In this document: positions 13,401 to 27,167 of the stretch, piece by piece
Layout: every line of letters starts with the position of its first letter
How positions within the stretch are numbered: the stretch's first letter is position 1
Assembly: GCF_963921235.1 (NCBI RefSeq)
Contig: NC_086097.1
Location: 47,804,001 to 47,868,000 of the forward strand
Reading direction: 5' to 3'
Source: Mobula hypostoma
Lineage: Eukaryota
Length of the DNA stretch: 64,000 nt
Made by a program: the position numbers and the translations under genes
Notes under the pieces: generated by a model
What the model was told of the DNA's origin: nothing
Seen by the model: the letters and a program-made list of their open reading frames with translations, nothing else
The model's database searches: none

Positions 13401-14458
13401 CTATTAAGTAGTCCTGCATGGCACCTTTCAGCTCAAACAACCTGTTGAGAACCCTTCCTCTGTTAAGTGACCAGATTTCTGTATGTAGCAGGAGATTGGT
13501 GTGCTCTTTGTCCAGGTTTTTACTCAGTTTTTTTAAACATTCTCGAGTGAACTGGTCTTAAAGCTACTAACTAACTTGCTTCTTGAAGCCATTTACTGAC
13601 TGACCTTACTTTTAAAAGCTTTAATCTGTATGCTTTGAGTTTCCAATAGTCATTTAAAATAATCGGTACTTTTACATGTCATATGTCTGTGATTTGTAGT
13701 TTAGTGTATTTTCAATTTTGCTGGAGCCATTGTTATATTTTCAAGTTGTTTGCCACAGACGAGGCACAATGGAATAGGACAACTTGGATCACCAGTCCAT
13801 GTAAAATCCATTGATAAGTAGCTTTCATTGTAAAGACGTATTTTTTTGTGTGTGTTGTTGCACTAGTGCAGTGAAGTGACTCGGAAGAATGTAATTCTTT
13901 GTCATTAACCTTATCAGAATTGTTCATTGGCCTAGGTTTAGGATCCTCCTCTTTCATCTTACACCTCATCTTCAGAAATCGTCATGCTGGGCTGTCTTTG
14001 GAATGAAAATTTCCCTGCAATTTTCTACTATACTGATAGGTTGTTCGCTCCAATAAGTCAGTCGGCAGCACGTAAAGGGAACTTGGGGAAGGGAATTTGG
14101 GGGGAAAAGGCTGACGTCAAAGTCCAAATTGGGTGAGTCCATTCAATGCTCAGAAAACAGCCTACCTAACTCCCCTCCGTGCAAAACAGCACTCACCAAT
14201 TATCAACTGCCTCCCCTAACTTACATCAAAAACTGAGGATAGACTTAACATGGTCCAACTGCACATTGCCATACTAGACTGAGATTGGTAACGGTACTGT
14301 TTGGTCACTGCCCACCAGTGCAGGTACTAGCATCGCGCGTTGTGCAAAGTTCAAAAATTGATATTTATTATTTTTTATTAATGACGATCTCTCGCAGAAT
14401 CCTTGGTGATCTCTCATGGAACCCTATGGTAGTACGGAATCCCAGTTGTGAAACCCTG
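10420..14458 (-). mobile_element. Decayed hAT transposon of Buster/Charlie type (ZBED8/SCAND3-like transposase), interrupted by a Rex LINE
   Basis: ORF 13195..13440 (FELK...WLQKLTYLTDIFHHMNQLNKSLQG), ORF 10975..11196, BED-finger remnant (CLVCGK) near 13750-13800; right end ...GTTGTGAAACCCTG is TIR-like. Confidence 0.8.
11224..13265 (-). mobile_element. Rex1/Babar LINE inserted in the hAT transposase
   Basis: ORF 11936..12955 RT ([20 protein letters not shown]); APE fragment 12921..13274; (CTGATT) tail at about 11224-11235. Confidence 0.9.
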
Positions 14459-14459
14459 G

Positions 14460-14830
14460 TTTTAACCCTCCCAAACAGCTCTTGCTAACCTACTTGTAAG
14501 GATATTGGTCCCCCTCAGATTCAGGTGTAACCTGTCTCTTTTGTACAGGTCATACATTCCCCAGAAAAGATCTCAATGATGCTGAAATCAGACCCCATCC
14601 CCATGCATTTATCTGCCAAATGCTCCTATTCTTTCTCTTACTGGTGTGTGGGATAGGCAGCAATCCAGAGATTACTACCCTGGAGGACCTGCTTTTCAGC
14701 TTTTTACTTTGCTCCCTAAAATCTCTCTTCAGGAACTCTGTACCTTTCGTACCTATGTTATTGATGCCAATATGTACCAAGACCTGCGGCTACTCTCCCA
14801 CTCCCTTCAGAATGTCGTGAACGCGATCCT
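14460..14830 (-). mobile_element. CR1 ORF1 (SGNH esterase-like) fragment
   Basis: ORF 14550..14780 VHIGINNI...VVISGLLP. Confidence 0.7.
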
Positions 14831-14879
14831 AGACATTTGAAGGGATTGGACACAATTCAGACTTGAAGATGAATCTCTG

Positions 14880-15790
14880 AATACTGTCCAGTCCAATTAC
14901 TCAAAGCAGTCCTGTAAGTGCGCCTCTGCCTTTCTTGTCCATACCTTCAAGGTCCTCTGTACTGGTGCTGCAGTCTTCAGTCTCTGCCGGTACTCAGGGA
15001 GTAGAAGTACAGCCAGGTGATCAGACTTTGCAAAGTGTGAGTATGGGATGGCATGATAAACATTCTTGATGGTAATATTACAGTGTTTTGGCTCCTCTGA
15101 TTCCACAACTGATATGCTGGTGATAATTATTTCGGGACTTTTTCAGGCTGGCCTAATTAAAATCCCCCAAAATGATGGGGGAGGGATCAGGGTGCACTGT
15201 TTCGTGCCTATTGATTACATCGCTCAGTTCATTTAGAATGTGTTTGATGCAAGCCTGAGATGGAATATAGACCACTACCAAGATGATGGTGAAAACTCCT
15301 GTGGCAGATATAGTAGACAACACTTGATTGGTAGATGTTCCAGGTCAGGTGAGCAGGACCGCGACACAACTGCCACATTTGTGCACCACAAGGAATTAGT
15401 TATAAAGCATAATTCGCCACCTCTGCCTTTGAAAGATTCAGCAGTTCTATCTTGACATTGAATCATGAAGCCAGCTAGCTATATCACTGGAATGGCGAGG
15501 GATAACCAAAATTCTGTGAAACAAAAATCGCAAGTTTCTGATGTCCCTCTGGTACAGCAATCTTGCTCTGAGATCTTCAATTTTATTTTTCAGAGAATGT
15601 ATGTGTGCCAGCAGAATAGACAGTAGTGGAAGTTGGAACCCTCTTCTCCTTAGATGAACTTTTAAACCAACACAGCTTCCTCTCTTTTGTTTTCTTAAAG
15701 GGGAATTACACTTGTGACCAGAGACTGCTATCAAACGTTCATCGACTTTGAGAAGCAATTGATTTTTTTAAACAGCTTATAACTGTTTTG
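14880..15790 (-). mobile_element. Rex1/Babar 5' (APE endonuclease) fragment
   Basis: ORFs with GRGGELCF, SCSPDLE and SDHLAVLL. Confidence 0.75.
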
Positions 15791-16574
15791 CTTACTGTAT
15801 TGTCCATGGCAATAGCTGTGGACTTTAGCTGTAGCTGTCTAAAATGGGAATATTTGAAGAAATGGGTCCACCTGGCTCAACTATTCTATGCCAACCAAAT
15901 TGCCTACCTGAACTAGTACCATTTGACATACCTGTCTAATCCTCTGCCATTTATGTATCAGTCATGATGTCTTTTAAAGTTGTGATTGCACCAGGCTCTA
16001 CCACTTCCATTTCCCCACCACCTTCTATGTGGAAAAATATGACCCTTGGTTCTGTAAATCTTTTCACCTTCGCCTTAAAACAATGCTCTCTAACTAATGC
16101 CAAGCATCTCCACATGGAGCATGTTATTGTAACCTAGTTTCAGCTGTGGCATACTGCAGTGATAGATACTGCTTTCCCTCCATCCCTGTTCTTGCCGGGC
16201 CATCTTGGAAATACTTAGTGCCCTGGGAGGGGAAGGGGCTAAAGGAAACTGGTTTGGGAAGGAATTGGGAGTAAGGAAATTGGGGGGTTATGGGAGCAGG
16301 AATAAAATGAAGAGGGAGCTGAAATGACAGAAAGTTGATATGGGTGATCCACACAGTGCTAGGCTATTGCTTCATTTTGGGAATTAATAAATTTCAAGAT
16401 AACTGTCTTTAAATACTTTAATTAGTGGACCATTAAAATTCATTTTGGTACCATCCTTACTCTTGGAGTAAAAATTTGAGAAGGAAAAACACTTGAAATT
16501 ATTTGTTGTTTGTCCCTTGATACCATTAAGACAGTAAGTGACAATCACAATACAGTTGGTTATCTCTAATGCAG

Positions 16575-16692
16575 ATTGTGCATGGACTATCAAAATTGTT
16601 CTGTTCAACTGATGCCTGAAGAAAAGTCAAGAGGTCTTTTGGATTTGCCCTGTCATCGTGTTCCACACTTTTTCACCATGAATGTCACTGAG
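16575..16692 (+). CDS. TDRD9: TDRD9 coding exon 5, LCMDYQNCSVQ...FFTMNVTE
   Basis: gcag|A, GAG|gtaatc; 118 nt, phase 2-0; ends xVTE directly before the Tudor-SN-like exon. Confidence 0.85.
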
Positions 16693-16877
16693 GTAATCAA
16701 AAAAAATCTGATCATTAAAGGAATTGTTGGGATTGGGATTGTGACAGCTGCGTTGGGAAAACTTGCGGATAAATAACAAAGATACAAGTCTATTGGGGGG
16801 GAGAAGAGGGAGGGAGGCAGAAAGATTTAGTTTTGGCCTGCCCTAGCAAAGATTTAGCACAGAACAGTAGATATAAT

Positions 16878-17143
16878 GGGTGCCCATGGAGATGTTAGCA
16901 CAGCAGTATTACAGTTCTGGACATTCTGGAGTTCAACTCTGGTGCCTTCTGTAAGGAGTTTGTACGTTCTTTGTGAACCATGTGGGTTTCCTCCCACAGT
17001 CTGAAGATATACAGGTTAGTACGTAAATTGGTCATTTTAAATTGAGCTGGGCTAGGCTCGTGTTAAACAGGTTGGTTGATGGGCGGTGTGATTCATTGGG
17101 CCAGAAGGGCCTGCTCCACACTGTATCACTGAATAAAATAAAG
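16878..17143 (+). mobile_element. tRNA-derived V-SINE/HE1-like SINE with CR1-like tail
   Basis: B-box-like GGAGTTCAACTC, V-domain-like GGAGTTTGTACGTTCT..GTGGGTTTCCTCC, tail GGGCCAGAAGGGCCTG..CTGTATC + AATAAAATAAA. Confidence 0.65.
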
Positions 17144-17329
17144 TAACAAAATATACATTGAATTTGCTCATGCAAAAATACAGACGTTTTGAAATCACTG
17201 ATGAAAAATTATTGATCTGAAACATTACTCAATTATGTTTGACCTGCTGTATTATTTTCAGTTTGAATTCCAGCATCTAGATCATGTTGGTTTTATGAGA
17301 CTTTGAGTAACTAAAATTTTTTATTACAT

Positions 17330-20300
17330 AAGAACATACAAAATAGGAGCAGGAGTAGATCATCTGGTCCATTGAACCTGCTCTGCCATTTAGTAAGATC
17401 ATGGCTGATCTTGCTGTGGAATCAACTCCATGTAACTGTCTTAACTACTTAATAAGGTTGTTTTCCTGTTTCCCTGAGCAAAGAATTACACAGATTTATT
17501 ACTCTCTGGGGATAAACAGTTTCTCTTCATCTATGCCCTAAATCTATTCACCTTAATCTTGAGGTTATGTCCCCTAGTTCACGTCTAACTTACCAGTGGA
17601 AACAACTTTCCTGCCTTTATCTTACCTATCCCTTCCATAATTTTGTATGTTTCTACAAGATCCTCTCCCGTTCTTATAAATTCTAATGAGGTATAATCCC
17701 AGATAACTCAATCTCGCCTTATAGGCTAACCCCCTTCTGTCTGGAATCGACCCAGGAACTCTGCAAGGACCCTTCATCTTATGTTTGATATTTATTGCTT
17801 ATTTTTTTTCTTTTTGTATTTTCAAATTTTGATGTCTTTTGCACACTGGTTCACCGCTTTGTTGGTGTGGTCTTTCATTGATTCCATTATGGTTATTGGA
17901 TTTATTGTTTATGCCTGCAAGAAACTGAATCCCAGGGTTGTGTATGTTAACATATCTGTACTTTGATAATAAATTTCCTTTGAGCTTTGAACCTCCTCTA
18001 AACCAGCCTCAAAGCCATTATGTCTTCCTTCAAGTAAGAATACCAGAACTATATGCAGTACTCCATGCGGCCTCACCAGTACCCTGTACAGTTGCAGCAT
18101 ACCCTCCCTGCTCTTAAATTCAATCCCTCAGCGATGAAGGCCAATGTTCCATTTTGCCTTTTTGATAACTCGTTTCACCTGCAAACCAACTTCAGTAAGT
18201 TTATCAAACAGCACATGCCCTTCATAAATCCATGCTATGTCTGTCTGATGGAACCACTTTTATCCAGATGGCTCACTACTTAATGATAGCTTCAAGCATT
18301 TTCCCAATTACAAACTTTAAGCTCGTTGACCTATAGTCACCTGGCTTCTGAGTACCTCCTTTTTTAAACTGTGAAGTGCACTATCTTCCAATCTGCTGGG
18401 ACCTATCAAGAGAATTTCGGTATATTATCACAAATGTGTCTGCTGTAAATTATGTTATTTCTTTCAGTACCATAAGACCATAGGGGCAGAATTAGGCCAT
18501 TTGGCCCATCAAGTCCACTCCACCATTCAATCATGGCTGAACCCTTTTCTCCCCCCTCCTCAGCCCCACTCACTGGCCCCCTTCCTGTAACCTTTCTTGC
18601 TGTGTCCAATCAAGGACCTATCAAGCTGTGCCTTAAGTACATCCAATGACTTGGCCTCCACAACTGCCTCAATAAATTCCACAAATTCACCACCCTCTGG
18701 CTAAAAAAATTTCTCCGCATCTCTGTTTTAAATGGATGCCCCTCTATCTTAAGGCTGTGCCCTCTTGTTCTAGACTCTCTCACCATGGGACACATCCCTT
18801 CCACATCTACCATGTCTAGGCCTTTAAACATTCAAAATGTTTCAATGAGATCCCCCTTCATTCTTCTGAATTCCAGTGAATACAGGTCCTGAGCCATCAA
18901 AGCTCTTCATATGACAAGCTGTTCAAACCTGGAATCATTTTCATGAGCCTCCTTTGAACGGTCTCCAATGCGAGTACAGTACAGATCCAGAGTTATCAAA
19001 CATTCCTTGTATGGTAAACCTTTCATTCCTAGAATCATCCTTCTGAACCTCCTCTGAACCCTCTCCAATGCCAGCACATCTTTTTTTTTCAAAATGGAGA
19101 GCACAAAACTGTTCACAATACAATGTGAGGCCTCACCAGTGTCCTATAAAGCCTCAGCATTGCATACCTGCTCTTTTATTCTAGACCTCTTGAAATGCTA
19201 ACATTACATTTGCTTCCTCACCACCAACTCTACCTGCAAGTTAACCTTTAAGGCGTTCTCGATGGAGACTCCCAAGTCCCTTTACATCTCAGATTTTTGG
19301 AAATTCTCCCCATTTAGAAAATAGTCTGCACATTTAATTTTCCTACTAAAGTGCATGACCATGCATTTTCCAACATTGTATTTCATTTGCCACTCTCCTG
19401 CCCATTCTCCCAATCTGTCTAAGGTCTTATGCAGTCTACCTGTTTCCTCAACACTACTTGCTTTCCCCCCCCCCGTCCCACCAATCCTTGTATCGTCTGC
19501 AGACTTGGCAACAAAACCATCTATGCCATCATCTAAATCATTGATAGACAGCATAGAAAGAAGCAGTCGCAACACTGGCCCCTGCAGAACACCAGTAGTC
19601 ACTGACAGCCAACCAGTAAAGGATCCTTTTATTCTCACTCACTGCCTCCTACCAATCAGCCAATGCTCTAACTATGCCAGTAACTTTTCTGTAATGCCAT
19701 GGACTCTTAACTTGGTAAGCAGCCTCATATGTGGCATCTTGTCAAAGGCCTTCTGAAAGTCCAAATATACAATATCCACTGCATCCCCTTAAGAAAGCCA
19801 TGCTGACTTTGTCCTGTGTCACCAAGTACTCCATAACTTCATCCTTAACAATTGACTGGAACATCTTCTAACCACTGAGGTCAGGCTAACTGGTCTATAA
19901 TTTCATTTCTTAAAGAGTGATCCTGATACCCTGGGATGCATCCCATCAGGATCAGGAAATTGTCTACTTTTAGGCCCACTAGATTGCTCACCACTACCTG
20001 TTTTGTCATAGCAGTGGTATCGGTCCTCACCTCCCATCGCATCCTCTTTGGCATGTTAGATATGTTGTCCACTATTAAGGCTGATGTTCAAGGCCTTAGC
20101 CACCTACCTAATATTAATGCCCCCTTCTCATCTTAGAAGTGACTTGCATCCACTTCAGCTACCCTTTTTCTGCTTTATATAATTACAAATACTTTTACTA
20201 TGTTTTTATATTTTCTGATAGGTTACTTTCATTTCCATTTCCTTACTGCTTGTTGAGTAGTTCTTTACTTTTTAAAGTTTTCACAATTTTCCACTTCCCA

Positions 20301-20900
20301 CTTCTCCTGGTGACTTTGTATACATGAGCTTTTAATTTGATGCCTTCTGTTATTTTCTTAGTTGATCAAGGCTAGCTGTTCCCACCTTTACTGTCCTTAC
20401 TTTTTAGTGGAATATACTTTTATTGAGTCTGTTAGCCAGCTCTTCCGTCATCCTGTTGTGGTTTCCCTTGCTCAGGCATAATATGCTGATTTTAGATCAA
20501 ACTGTGGCACCCTTCATTTGTATGAGAAATTGAATCATACTGTGATTACTCTTTCCAAGAGAAGCTCTAACTTACAAGACCATTAATTTTATTTGGCTCA
20601 TTGCACAGGACAAGATCTAATTAGGCATTTTCCCTTTCACTAACATGTTGTTCTAGAATGCAATCACAAATGCATTCTATAAAGTTTTCCTCAAGACTGT
20701 CTTGACCAAATTGATTTGCGCAGTCTACGTGCAAGTTAACATCCCCCATAACAACTGCTGTTCCGTTCTTACGTGTGCTGGTTATTTCTTGGTTTATTGC
20801 TTGTGCAATGTAACATTATTTGGTGGCATATAGACAACTTCCACCAGTGATTTTTTTTTTTCCCTTCCCTGCCCTTCCCTTCCCTCCACTATTCCTAATC
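17330..20900 (-). mobile_element. Stack of decayed CR1 LINE fragments, with a Rex 3' tail at about 17760-17990
   Basis: ORFs 19282..19638 (SADD), 18907..19116, 18610..18831, 17909..18100. Confidence 0.75.
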
Positions 20901-20949
20901 TCTACTCAGATGGATTCAACATTCTACTCCTTAGACCTTAGTCACTTTT

Positions 20950-21188
20950 GTATTTGGAGATACCAGGCCCTTCCAGCCTGAATAAGCCCACGCAGCTAAA
21001 TTACACCTATGTGACTAATGAGCTAATTAACTACTAACCTATACATATTTGGAACATGGAAAGAAACTGGAACACTCTGGAAACCCACGCGGTCGTGGGA
21101 AAACATACAAACTCCTTACAGGCAGTGGTGGGAATTGAACCTGAATTGCTGGTGCTTTGAATCGTTGTGCTAACTGCTACGCTACCGT
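20950..21188 (-). mobile_element. tRNA-derived V-SINE-like element
   Basis: Reverse strand begins ACGGTAGCGTAGCAGTTAGC, has GGTTCAATTCC B-box and GGAGTTTGTATGTT. Confidence 0.65.
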
Positions 21189-21403
21189 ATAATGACTCTC
21201 ACTATCGCTCTGATCTCGTCATTAATTGAGAGCTGCCCCACCTCCCATTCCTTCCTGCCTATCTACCCATTTTACCTGATATGCTGGGATATTTAATTCC
21301 CATCATTTTTACTCTGCAACCACATTTCTGTGTTTATTCAGTGATTGTGAGTCTCAACTGTGTATTAATGCTTTCTATTAATTTAAGTTATGATTTTTTT
21401 CAG

Positions 21404-21613
21404 ATTGTTGAAGTTGGACATTTCTGGGGTTACAGAACAGATGACGAGAGCTTGCACACTCTCAGCAAACTGATGAATGAAATTAAGCAGCTAACATTGA
21501 CACCACTGATTGTGGAACCATTCCCTGATTTTTGTCTTGCACCTTTCACAGATTGTAGTGAAACCCATTATTACAGAGCTAAAATCTTGCAAGTCTCAGG
21601 TGATTCAGCTGAG
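21404..21613 (+). CDS. TDRD9: TDRD9 coding exon 6, extended Tudor N-part IVEVGHFWGYR...CLAPF...YYRAKILQVSGDSAE
   Basis: ttttcag|ATT, GAG|gtaaga; 210 nt; VEVGHFWGY and YYRA motifs. Confidence 0.95.
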
Positions 21614-22239
21614 GTAAGAGTTTGAATTAGAAATATTTTTTTCCTCTCTCTCCATGTGAAATATTAACATTAGTGCATTTTAAAATATTGTCATTTTGAA
21701 TACTGGAACTTTCACTTGCGTGCCAGAAGTTTTTGTTTCTTCCCTATTTAACCTGACTTAATACCCACAGTGGGAGGTGTAAAGAAAATTCAAAGATCAG
21801 AGTAATGGTGTCTATCAAAACCACTGTCAACAGAAACATTTTTGATGACAAGTTGAAATATTCAGACTCTCCCATATACATAACTTGGATATATCTTGTT
21901 CCACCAAGGAAACCAGTTGAATACCATATGAGTTCTCCGATCAGCTAATGAATCAATACTCCTGTCTGATAAATATTGTTCAGAAGACATGCTACATGAG
22001 TAGCAAAAGACACAAACTATACTCTGCGGAGGTCATTACTTGCCATATCAAGAGTAAATTGGAAATTACCGAGTTAACTGTGTGAGGCCTGAAAGGTTTG
22101 TCTGTCAGTCTGGGTCAGTGTAAGTGATAAAACTGCTTGATTTCATACCCAGGAATCAGATATACTGTACCTGACTATAACTGTATTGGTAGGCTTGAAC
22201 TATGTTGTTGAGACAAACTCCTTACTTTTCACCTTAAAA

Positions 22240-23190
22240 CTCCTTTAAAGTTTTATGTGGTACTACTATTTGATAAATGAACATACTCAGAACAAATCTA
22301 ACTTGTCAAAGCAGAATGGCACTCTTTTACAGTCTGGCTTATGTCTCATTACCATTCTCATCAATCCAGGGGACAAGCTCTTTCCACCCGTAGATCTTCT
22401 GTGGCCAAAAGTGTGATGCTGATCTGTAAAATGTATCAAGCAGTATTTTCATGCTCGTGAAGAATTAACCAATCATACTCTGAGCAAATCAGAATAGTAC
22501 CCTGATGTTCAATAATTAAATGATTAGATGTATCATTTAAGAGGCTCCATGTACGTTGATAATCTCAACCTCGATGGTACTTGAAATCAACATCTTGGTG
22601 TGAACATCAAGCTAGAATACTTAAAAACTTCTTCAGTTGGACTTACTGGGAGGTTAATCCACTTGACTCCTTCAGAGGTCCCTACTATTGCAGAAATCTG
22701 CTTTCAGCCAATTTGTTCATTCTCCTCGATATTAAGAACATTTTGAGACCACTGGATACAGCAAAGCCAATAGGACACTCTGTGTATCATTTATTAATTC
22801 AGACACAGACCAGAAATAGTTGAAACTCCAGCCAGTTTATTTTCTTTCTTCTATGTTGCTGACATTATTCTAGGTAATAGGTAAAAATTGCCTAGTTATG
22901 TTCTTTCTACCAAGAGCAAGCCAAACTACTAAATACTGCTAAATTAATTTACTCTTAGCTATTCACAAATGAAGGAAGGTGTCAGCAGTGCTATCAAGCA
23001 GTACATAATCAGCATAGACTTGGTAACTGATGCATTGTTTCGGTCGTGTCGGGACCAATGTGCTGTGGATCTTGTTACATCCTTGAACCAAAAATGGCAT
23101 AAAAGATGATTCATCGTGGTGATGTGAGAGTGATTGCTCTTGATAGTCTGGCAGCATTTGACTAAATATAGTTTCAAGGAGCATTGACTT
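22240..23190 (+). mobile_element. Very old, heavily decayed LINE ORF2 fragment (CR1/L2 group)
   Basis: Residual peptides PEVPTI.E..LDTAK and VRVIALD..AAFD; many stops. Confidence 0.45.
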
Positions 23191-24093
23191 TTTTTCAGTT
23201 CTTGCCCATTCTTTCTTGTTGCCGATTGGTGGGCTGGGGGTTGGGTGATCTGTTAGTTTTTGTACGAGGGGGGTTTGGGGCAGGGGATTTGGGGTTTACA
23301 AGTTTTTGCTTATTTTCTTTTTGTGCAGGAGGTGGATTGATGTTTTTCAACTACTTCTTTGGTTTTCTGTATTCCATGGCTTTCTGGAGAAGACAAATCT
23401 TAGAATTGTATTCTGCATACATACTTTGATAATAAAAGGAACCTTTGAAACTACAATGGCTTGTTGTATTGAGGGGAAATAAACTCCGCTATCTGATGTC
23501 ATATCTAGCTGAATAAAAGATGATTGAAGTGGGGCATACATTTCTGTTACTGAGGTATATTGATATTTTTATAACTGAGTTAAAGTTCTGACACGTTACT
23601 CAACAGCGGAGCGAAGGATCTTGTACATAAATTGCATCAGTTCATCAAGCTGGCTCAGGCCAGTTATTTGTGGTCACTGAATGCTGGCCTTGAAAACAAT
23701 AACAACACTCATGAATGAATAATTGGTCATGTATTTCTTTTTAAATAAAAGGCTTTATTTAAGAAATAAACATCAAGCTGGAAAGTACCTGGACATTTAA
23801 TTTCGGATATGAAAGATGCAAATTTGTTCTTTTTGAATATTTTTAAGTAACACATTTTCAGTCAATATAGTAGAAGATACCTCATTCATAATTACAATAT
23901 AGAGTAGGTAATCTTCTTAGTTATGCATGTTCAGTAAATGTGTGCATTTTTTGTGGTACCCATGCTTTAAAAGTAACTTTTTGATTTACAGTGCTTAGCA
24001 TATAACACAAGCTGTATGTTATAGTTGCTAATATTTTTTGGGTAAGCTTGTTTGGTGTTTTGTCTGTTTTTCTTATGCCCATTATCTCTTAAG

Positions 24094-24751
24094 GTTAACA
24101 GTATAATTGCGGCTACAACACTCTGGCCAGACATGGTCCTGTGGTCCACAACAGCCAAGCTGGCATAGGTTGTGGAATTGACAGTACCATGGGAAGATGG
24201 TGTCGAAGAAACTTAGAGGAAAAAGACCAAGTACTCTGAACTGACAACTGAAGCTGCCCAGAATGGCTGGAAGACCAAGATTTTCCCTGTAGAAGTGGGA
24301 TGCAGGGGATTCGTTGCTACATCTATGACCAGTCTATTGAAGAAGATGGGGGTGAGGGGTCACTCCCTCCAACAAGCAGTCAAGTCCTTGTCAAATGCAG
24401 CAGAAGAAAGCAGCAAATGGATTTGGATTAAAAGGAAAGAGACCAACTGGGCTGCGAGATGAAGACAGGAGGGTATGGAACTGAGGGGGGTGTATCTGGG
24501 ACGCCAGGTAGCAGCGTTGAACTCTCTGGATAAGTCGTGGGCTTATCAACGAAACGTCAAAGAAGGAGGGTGCCCATCTGATGACCCCAATGACGTACCT
24601 ACCCTCCCTCCTTGTCACCACTCCAAACCCACTGCCAACATCGAGAGTGCCAACTTACCATAGGGATTGAAACATCAAGTCCTAGTAGCTCTACTACTTG
24701 AACCTCTCAAATAATGAGGAAGTTACTGAGATCAGCTATTAGCTCTTGTAG
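24094..24751 (+). mobile_element. HERO-like (R2 superfamily) non-LTR element 3' end with restriction-like endonuclease
   Basis: 24106-24462 translates to PDMVLWS...VELTVPWE...KY.EL...GW...PVEVGCRGF with two in-frame stops. Confidence 0.75.
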
Positions 24752-24782
24752 CTCTTAAGATAATTGAAATTGTCAATGGAGT

Positions 24783-25852
24783 CGAAATTGTCTGCAGAAC
24801 AGATGGCAGACTTCTCAATCTTGCCCGTATCAAGTCCAAAAATAAGACATCCACGCATTCCCTCATTGAGTTCCAATACGCAGATGACAAGTGTTGCAGC
24901 TCTTTCAGAAAACTACCTACAACAGATTCTGACTGCCTTCAACCGTGCGTACATGAAACTTGGACTTACCACCAATTCCAAGAAGACTCAGATCATCTAC
25001 CAACCGTCACCAACTGAGACAAATCAGATCGAGCCATCAATTCAACTTGGCAAAATAACCCTGGAAAACGTGCACCACTTTCCGTATCTTGGAAGTCACC
25101 TCTCCTCCAATGTCGACCTTAATGAAGAGATCCAACATAGTCTTAAATGCTCTGGAACAGCTTTTGGACGTCTTCGAACAAGAGTCTTTCATGATTGTGA
25201 CATCCGAACAAACACCAAAATGTTAGTGTACAAAGCAGTGGTGATCCCAACCCTCCTGTATGCATCAGAAACCTGGACAACATACCGACGACATCTGAAG
25301 GCACTTGAAAAGTTCCATCAACGCTGTCTTCGAAACATCTTAAATATCAGCTGGGAAGATAGAAGAACCAACGTCAGCGTGCTAATTGAAGCAAAAACAA
25401 CAAGCATTGAAGCCTACATCGTCAAGAACCAACTAAGATGGAGCAGTCATGTTGTTTGGATGAAAGACGAACGTCTGCCGAAACAAATCTTCTACTCCCA
25501 GCTTAAAGAAGGCAAACGTAAAAGAGGCGAACAACAGAACAGATTCAAAGACGTTTTAAAAGCCGACATGAAGAAATGTAACATCGACATCAACAATTGG
25601 GAAACCAATGCCAAGGACAGAAAACTCTGGCAAGCCATCATCCGAGAAAGAACAGCAACTTTCGAAGCCAATAGATGTGCAGAATTAGAAGAAAATGGAA
25701 AGAGAGGCAGCAACAACCAAAGCCCGATCTGCCATCTGGAACTACCAGTCCTGAATACAGAAGAATTTTCAAAGCCAAGATTGGACCCATAAGCCATTTG
25801 AGAGCCCGTAAATAGATCAACAGAACAAAGACCTCGAGGGATAGCCACGACG
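24783..25852 (+). mobile_element. 5'-truncated RTE-clade LINE with 21-bp TSD
   Basis: ORF 24764..25792 (FPYLGS, LLYASETWT, QLRWSSHV, RLPKQIFY); frameshifted YADD at about 24877; TSD AATTGAAATTGTCAATGGAGT. Confidence 0.9.
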
Positions 25853-27167
25853 AATTGAAATTGTCAATGGAGTATAGAAGTAATTCCCAATTCCAAAGCA
25901 ATTCATATTTGTCTCTCCGTGATTATTTTCTTGTTTTGCCATGAGATAACCTTCTAAAGGGGAAACATCTGGCAGTGTTAGAAATCCGGTATTTGTATTG
26001 GTCCTTTGCACTCTTTGTGCCAGAGCACATGCAGTCAGAATAGAGAGATGTATGTACTTCTAGTGGATCAAAGTTGCATTGTAATTATGATCTTCCTGGC
26101 AAAAACTGCCATTGGGAAAGAGGTACAGGAGCCTTGAACCAACATCATTATATTCAGGAACATTTACTACCCTTCACCCATCAGGTTCCTGAAACAGCAT
26201 GGATAACTTCACTCACTTCAACACTGAGCTGATTCCACAACCTATGGACTCACTTTCAAGGACTCTACAACTCATGTTCTCAGTAATATTTATTTATTTT
26301 TTATTTGGGTTTTTTTTTGTTATTTTCTCAGTTTGTTGTCTTCTGTACTGATTGTTTATTAGTATTGTTGATGTGTTGCTTTTCATTGATCCTTTTATAT
26401 TTCTTTGTTCTACTGTAAATGCCTGCATGAAAATGAATTTATGGGTAGTATATGGGGACATGTATGTACTTTGATAATAATTTTACTTTGAACTGTGAAA
26501 CCTGCATATGAATAGCAAGCTTGCCATCTAAAGATTTTAAAATAATTGACATTAATATGAGAACATATTCTCTATACATTTTTAAAATGGAATGGATCCA
26601 TAGTTTCTCTATTAAATTTTTATAGATCAAGAGGGTAAGGTCACAGGGCGAACATTGCCAGTGATTGAAACTTATTTAAAGCAGGTGAAATTGGTTGACA
26701 AATGGTCCTGGGCTCCACCCTATTTCATTGACTGGAATTTTGACCACTAGATAACCAACTTACCTTTGATACCATCAGATCAATAAAGTAGTTCATAGTC
26801 CTACAATATGGAAATGGTTGTTTAGCCCACAGAGTCTGTGCCAAATGTCTCACACGCATTTATGCTAATTATATTATTTTTACCACATTTCCATCTCTAA
26901 ATTGTTCCAACTATACAGGTTCTATCACTAATCTATACACGAGGCAGTTGATAGCAATGAATTGAGAAGATGTAGTGGTTGATAAAGCTATGTGGGAGGC
27001 AACCAGAGCTTTGTGAAAACCCAATCACAGGAGCAGCACACAGACAACACCTGGGATCAGGATTGAGCCCAAATCATGAAGCTGTGAGGCAACAGGTTGA
27101 CTGCTGTTCTAATCTTTTATACTAAATTAGAGTTCTGTCTGATTTATTTTTGCAAATTTCTCAATAG

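Noticed and set aside
10420..14458. Domesticated ZBED8/SCAND3-like host gene
   Set aside because: It is frameshifted, internally deleted, interrupted by a LINE and retains a TIR-like end, so it is a dead hAT copy.
24550..24592. GAAACGTC...CTGATGA in the HERO-like 3' UTR as a permuted hammerhead
   Set aside because: Flanking bases do not form stems I or II, so the match is likely coincidental.
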